Below, in pieces: positions 62,156 through 64,000 of a stretch of DNA of 64,000 nt. Under the pieces are notes generated by a model. The model was not told where the DNA came from. It saw nothing but the letters and a program-made list of their open reading frames with translations, and ran no database searches. Location of the stretch: positions 1,632,001-1,696,000 of the forward strand of contig JAXHMG010000003.1 of the NCBI GenBank assembly GCA_034521595.1, given 5' to 3'. Positions within the stretch are counted from its first letter, which is position 1; each line of letters begins with the position of its first letter. The translations under genes and the position numbers were made by a program. The DNA comes from Gemmatimonadota bacterium (lineage in GTDB: Bacteria; Gemmatimonadota; Gemmatimonadetes; Longimicrobiales; Gaopeijiaceae).

Positions 62156-64000
62156 TCACCGGAGACGCACACGCACGGAAAGCATCCGCCCCGGCTGCGG
62201 GAGGCCGCACTGATCGAAGACCGCAGCGTCTCCGACGTTCGATACGGACAAGGAAAGCTCTCCCCGAGCGGAGTCACCAAACCCCGGAAGCCGGAGGCTC
62301 CGGCGAAGCCCGAGGTCGAGCCGAGGACTCGTGTCGAACGACTCCACCCCCCCGATCTCGGGGTTCTGACAGAGCTGACTGCCGACGACGGAAAGGTCGG
62401 CCGACGCCACCACGTCCAACAGCGCCTCCCGCTGCACCCCGAGCTCGGCCATGAACGCGGGCTCGTATTCGAGGGCGACGGGACTCCCGTCGGGGTTCCA
62501 TCCCGTCACGTCCTGGAGCGTCAGGTCACCGGACAGGAGCGTGCCGAGGAACCGGGCATTGGCCAGCACCTCGACTCCCGTGCCGTGCACGGCCTCCTGG
62601 TTCACACGTCGGAAGCGGCCACCCTCCGGCGTTTCGACGGTCTCCCGCACGATCCCGTCTCGGAGGCGTTGGTGGAAGCCCACGACTTGCACGCTGCCGG
62701 CACGGCCTTCGAATGTGACCCCCGCCTCACCGGCGATGAGGACCTCGGGGCCCAGGTCGGGATTCGGGTCGAAGCGACCCAAGGCGCCCGAGTAGAGCTC
62801 GCGCAACGCGGGGAAGCGCGTTCGCCGGCTGACCGATGCGTGGTACGACACGGACTCCCCGGTCGATAGCGACGACAACCCGAGCCGAGCGCCCCAGTCC
62901 CAAAGGCGGGCGAGCGCGGGCTTGTCTCCGGACTCAGGAGTGTCGGCCCCGTCCGCCGCCGCACCTACCGTGACGCGCGTAGTTCCAAGACCAGGGAGGC
63001 CCAAAAACCCGTCGAAACGTTGCTCGAGCTCCGCGCCGAGGCTCCACAAGCGCTGGGAGTAGGCGACCTCGGGCCCGCCACCGATGACCTCGTCGTGATC
63101 CACGTCCGCGAAAGTCACCGCCGCGCGAAGATCCGTCCGCTCCCTGACGCCGGCGTCGCCCATCAGACGGAGCGTGAGGGTGCGGTCATCCCCCCGCTCC
63201 GTGTCCACCACCTGGTCGAAAGCCTCGCTCGCGAATACATCGATCTCGGTGCGTCCGAGGTCGAGGCCGACGGATGCTTCGAGGTCGCCCGTTCCGAGCG
63301 GCGTCTCGTGGAAGCCGGTCCCTCCCGAAAGCGCCACGACGGTCCGGCTTTGGTACGGATAGCGCCAGAGGCGGGGATCCTGGACGTGCGCCTCCGGAGG
63401 CACCCCCCGTTCGGACTGAAAGCCCAACCCTACGGCCGAAAGCCACGGCCCCGCATCACTCCGGTACCGTGCCGAGGCAAAGGCGTCGAATCGGTGGACA
63501 TCGGAGTTCAACCGGATACGTCCGTCCTCCGTGAGGAAGCGCCGCTCGAGGTCGGACGTGTCGAGAACGTCCGGCAGTGGCGTTCCGCCGTGATGCTGGA
63601 ATCCGGCTCCACCCCGCAGCTCCCACGTTCCGTCGCCCGTCTCGACGAGGGCGCCTCCGGTCCCCGCGAAGGAGGTGCCGCCGGTATGGTTTATCCCGAG
63701 CTGCACCGTGAGTGGCTGCGGTCGCTCGTATCTTTCCGGGCCGCGAGCGATGTCGATCTCGACCGCTCCACCCAACACGTTCGGGCCGTGCAGGATCGTG
63801 GAGAGTCCCCTGACGAGTCGGATCCGGCGCGCCGCGGTGAGCGGAATCACGGACAGGTCGGTTCGCGCATCCCATCCGAGCGTGAGCGGGACACCGTCCA
63901 CGAGCACCGCGACCTGACGATCCTCGGCGCCCCGGAGCGCCGGTTGCGCCTCGCCCCTCGAATTCGTCCGGATGACGATCAGTGGCATCGCCCGGAGCGC
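62156..64000 (-). CDS. TonB-dependent receptor (5' end outside the window)
   Basis: Plug motifs VLVDGVP and RGLS..HG..LGG; NPDL.PE; PGR terminal strand; frame stays open to the window edge. Confidence 0.88.
   Translation of the reverse strand, partial: ALRAMPLIVIRTNSRGEAQPALRGAEDRQVAVLVDGVPLTLGWDARTDLSVIPLTAARRIRLVRGLSTILHGPNVLGGAVEIDIARGPERYERPQPLTVQLGINHTGGTSFAGTGGALVETGDGTWELRGGAGFQHHGGTPLPDVLDTSDLERRFLTEDGRIRLNSDVHRFDAFASARYRSDAGPWLSAVGLGFQSERGVPPEAHVQDPRLWRYPYQSRTVVALSGGTGFHETPLGTGDLEASVGLDLGRTEIDVFASEAFDQVVDTERGDDRTLTLRLMGDAGVRERTDLRAAVTFADVDHDEVIGGGPEVAYSQRLWSLGAELEQRFDGFLGLPGLGTTRVTVGAAADGADTPESGDKPALARLWDWGARLGLSSLSTGESVSYHASVSRRTRFPALRELYSGALGRFDPNPDLGPEVLIAGEAGVTFEGRAGSVQVVGFHQRLRDGIVRETVETPEGGRFRRVNQEAVHGTGVEVLANARFLGTLLSGDLTLQDVTGWNPDGSPVALEYEPAFMAELGVQREALLDVVASADLSVVGSQLCQNPEIGGVESFDTSPRLDLGLRRSLRLPGFGDSARGELSLSVSNVGDAAVFDQCGLPQPGRMLSVRVRLR

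Overview
High-GC bacterial chromosomal window with about 50 CDS and one tRNA-Leu(CAA). I found no mobile element, CRISPR array or rRNA. Gene content and acidic proteins suggest Gemmatimonadota (Longimicrobiales-like); this is inference only. In order: 3' end of a norC-like cytochrome c, then norB-norQ-norD, ferritin and recX; Na+-translocating decarboxylase oadGAB; hydrolase/OsmC fusion; NarL-type two-component pair; Fe3+ ABC transporter with a Fur-like box; a truncated endostatin/lectin-like gene; PQQ dehydrogenase; monomeric icd; AAA-type MFS transporter; DUF305 plus LVIVD lipoprotein pair behind a SigW-like ECF promoter; acyl-CoA oxidase-like gene; stand-alone dnaE2 with a direct-repeat operator candidate; M1 peptidase; gltA/tRNA-Leu/acnA; nfeD-floA operon; beta-oxidation/aromatic-CoA operon ending in chorismate mutase; rng-rplU-rpmA; and a B12-domain/carboxyltransferase/AtuA/hydratase/RecQ/acyl-CoA dehydrogenase cluster behind a TonB-dependent receptor. 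The best candidates for uncharacterised biology are the DUF305-LVIVD metal-binding pair, the AtuA-B12 acyl-CoA cluster, the atypical cNOR, and several shared regulatory motifs.
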